Positions 63,856 through 64,000 of a DNA stretch of 64,000 bases are shown piece by piece (the first letter of the stretch is position 1; every line of letters starts with the position of its first letter). Made by a program: the position numbers and the translations under genes. The notes below the pieces were generated by a model. That model was not told the DNA's origin. It was given only the letters and a program-made list of their open reading frames with translations, and searched no databases. Location: positions 352,001-416,000 of the IMG/VR virus record IMGVR_UViG_3300009031_000221; one strand, written 5' to 3'. The stretch comes from a virus. Its lineage: Duplodnaviria > Caudoviricetes.

Positions 63856-64000
63856 TTAGGAGACTTTCTTACTCCGGGGGATCAACCATTTGATAATCAG
63901 GGTGATTAGCCAGAATGGGGATGTCACGAAGTACAAATAGCGCATTTCCCGCGAAGGGCTGCTACGCACCCAGTAGGCAGTGACCAAGGCGCCCGCAATA
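63856..64000 (-). CDS. 3' end of a membrane protein (partial)
   Basis: ...IAGALVTAYW...FWLITLIIKWLIPRSKKVS*. Confidence 0.45.
   Translation of the reverse strand, partial: IAGALVTAYWVRSSPSREMRYLYFVTSPFWLITLIIKWLIPRSKKVS

Noticed and set aside
1-64000. Stop-codon reassignment (TAG or TGA recoded), suggested by the phage RF
   Set aside because: Known-family genes are full length in code 11 and end properly at TAG, TGA and TAA. The only homology-interrupting stop I found is the CTT-TGA-C site.
1-64000. Bacterial chromosome rather than phage (many housekeeping-like genes)
   Set aside because: The housekeeping genes lack their usual operon neighbours (tsf without rpsB/pyrH, nspC without its dehydrogenase). 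They are interleaved with phage ORFans, endolysin, virion genes and homing endonucleases, and share one promoter motif.
1-64000. tRNA, tmRNA or rRNA genes
   Set aside because: No cloverleaf or T-loop (GTTCRA) context seen in the short intergenic gaps by eye. tRNAscan-SE/ARAGORN would be needed to exclude them formally.

Overview
A 64-kb segment of a large (jumbo-type) tailed dsDNA phage genome. Genes are dense, mostly on the minus strand, and read well in the standard bacterial code. I found no rRNA, tRNA or CRISPR array. It contains a few virion genes, an endolysin, two SLT transglycosylases, three free-standing homing endonucleases, many small ORFans and a large set of host-like genes: nspC, trxA, tsf, coaE, pncC/cinA, sspB, an IleRS C-terminal fragment, a type IIG-like restriction-methylase, S2P and CPBP membrane proteases, and a complete NitT/TauT-type ABC system whose binding protein is fused to OmpA. 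Two signals are missed by the ORF track. (1) The class-I release-factor gene (42490-43171) is split by the exact prfB +1 frameshift motif CTT-TGA-C, at a different position from prfB. The joined protein lacks domain 1 and has a hybrid 'SPT' codon-recognition loop. (2) Twenty copies of an invariant bipartite motif (minus strand CTTACTT-N12-GCGTAG) partition the accessory genes into promoter-headed cassettes, and an ECF-sigma-like gene lies in the window. All product calls come from motif recognition by eye, not database searches. Many starts were moved downstream of the ORF-track starts using SD sites, gene overlaps and promoter positions.
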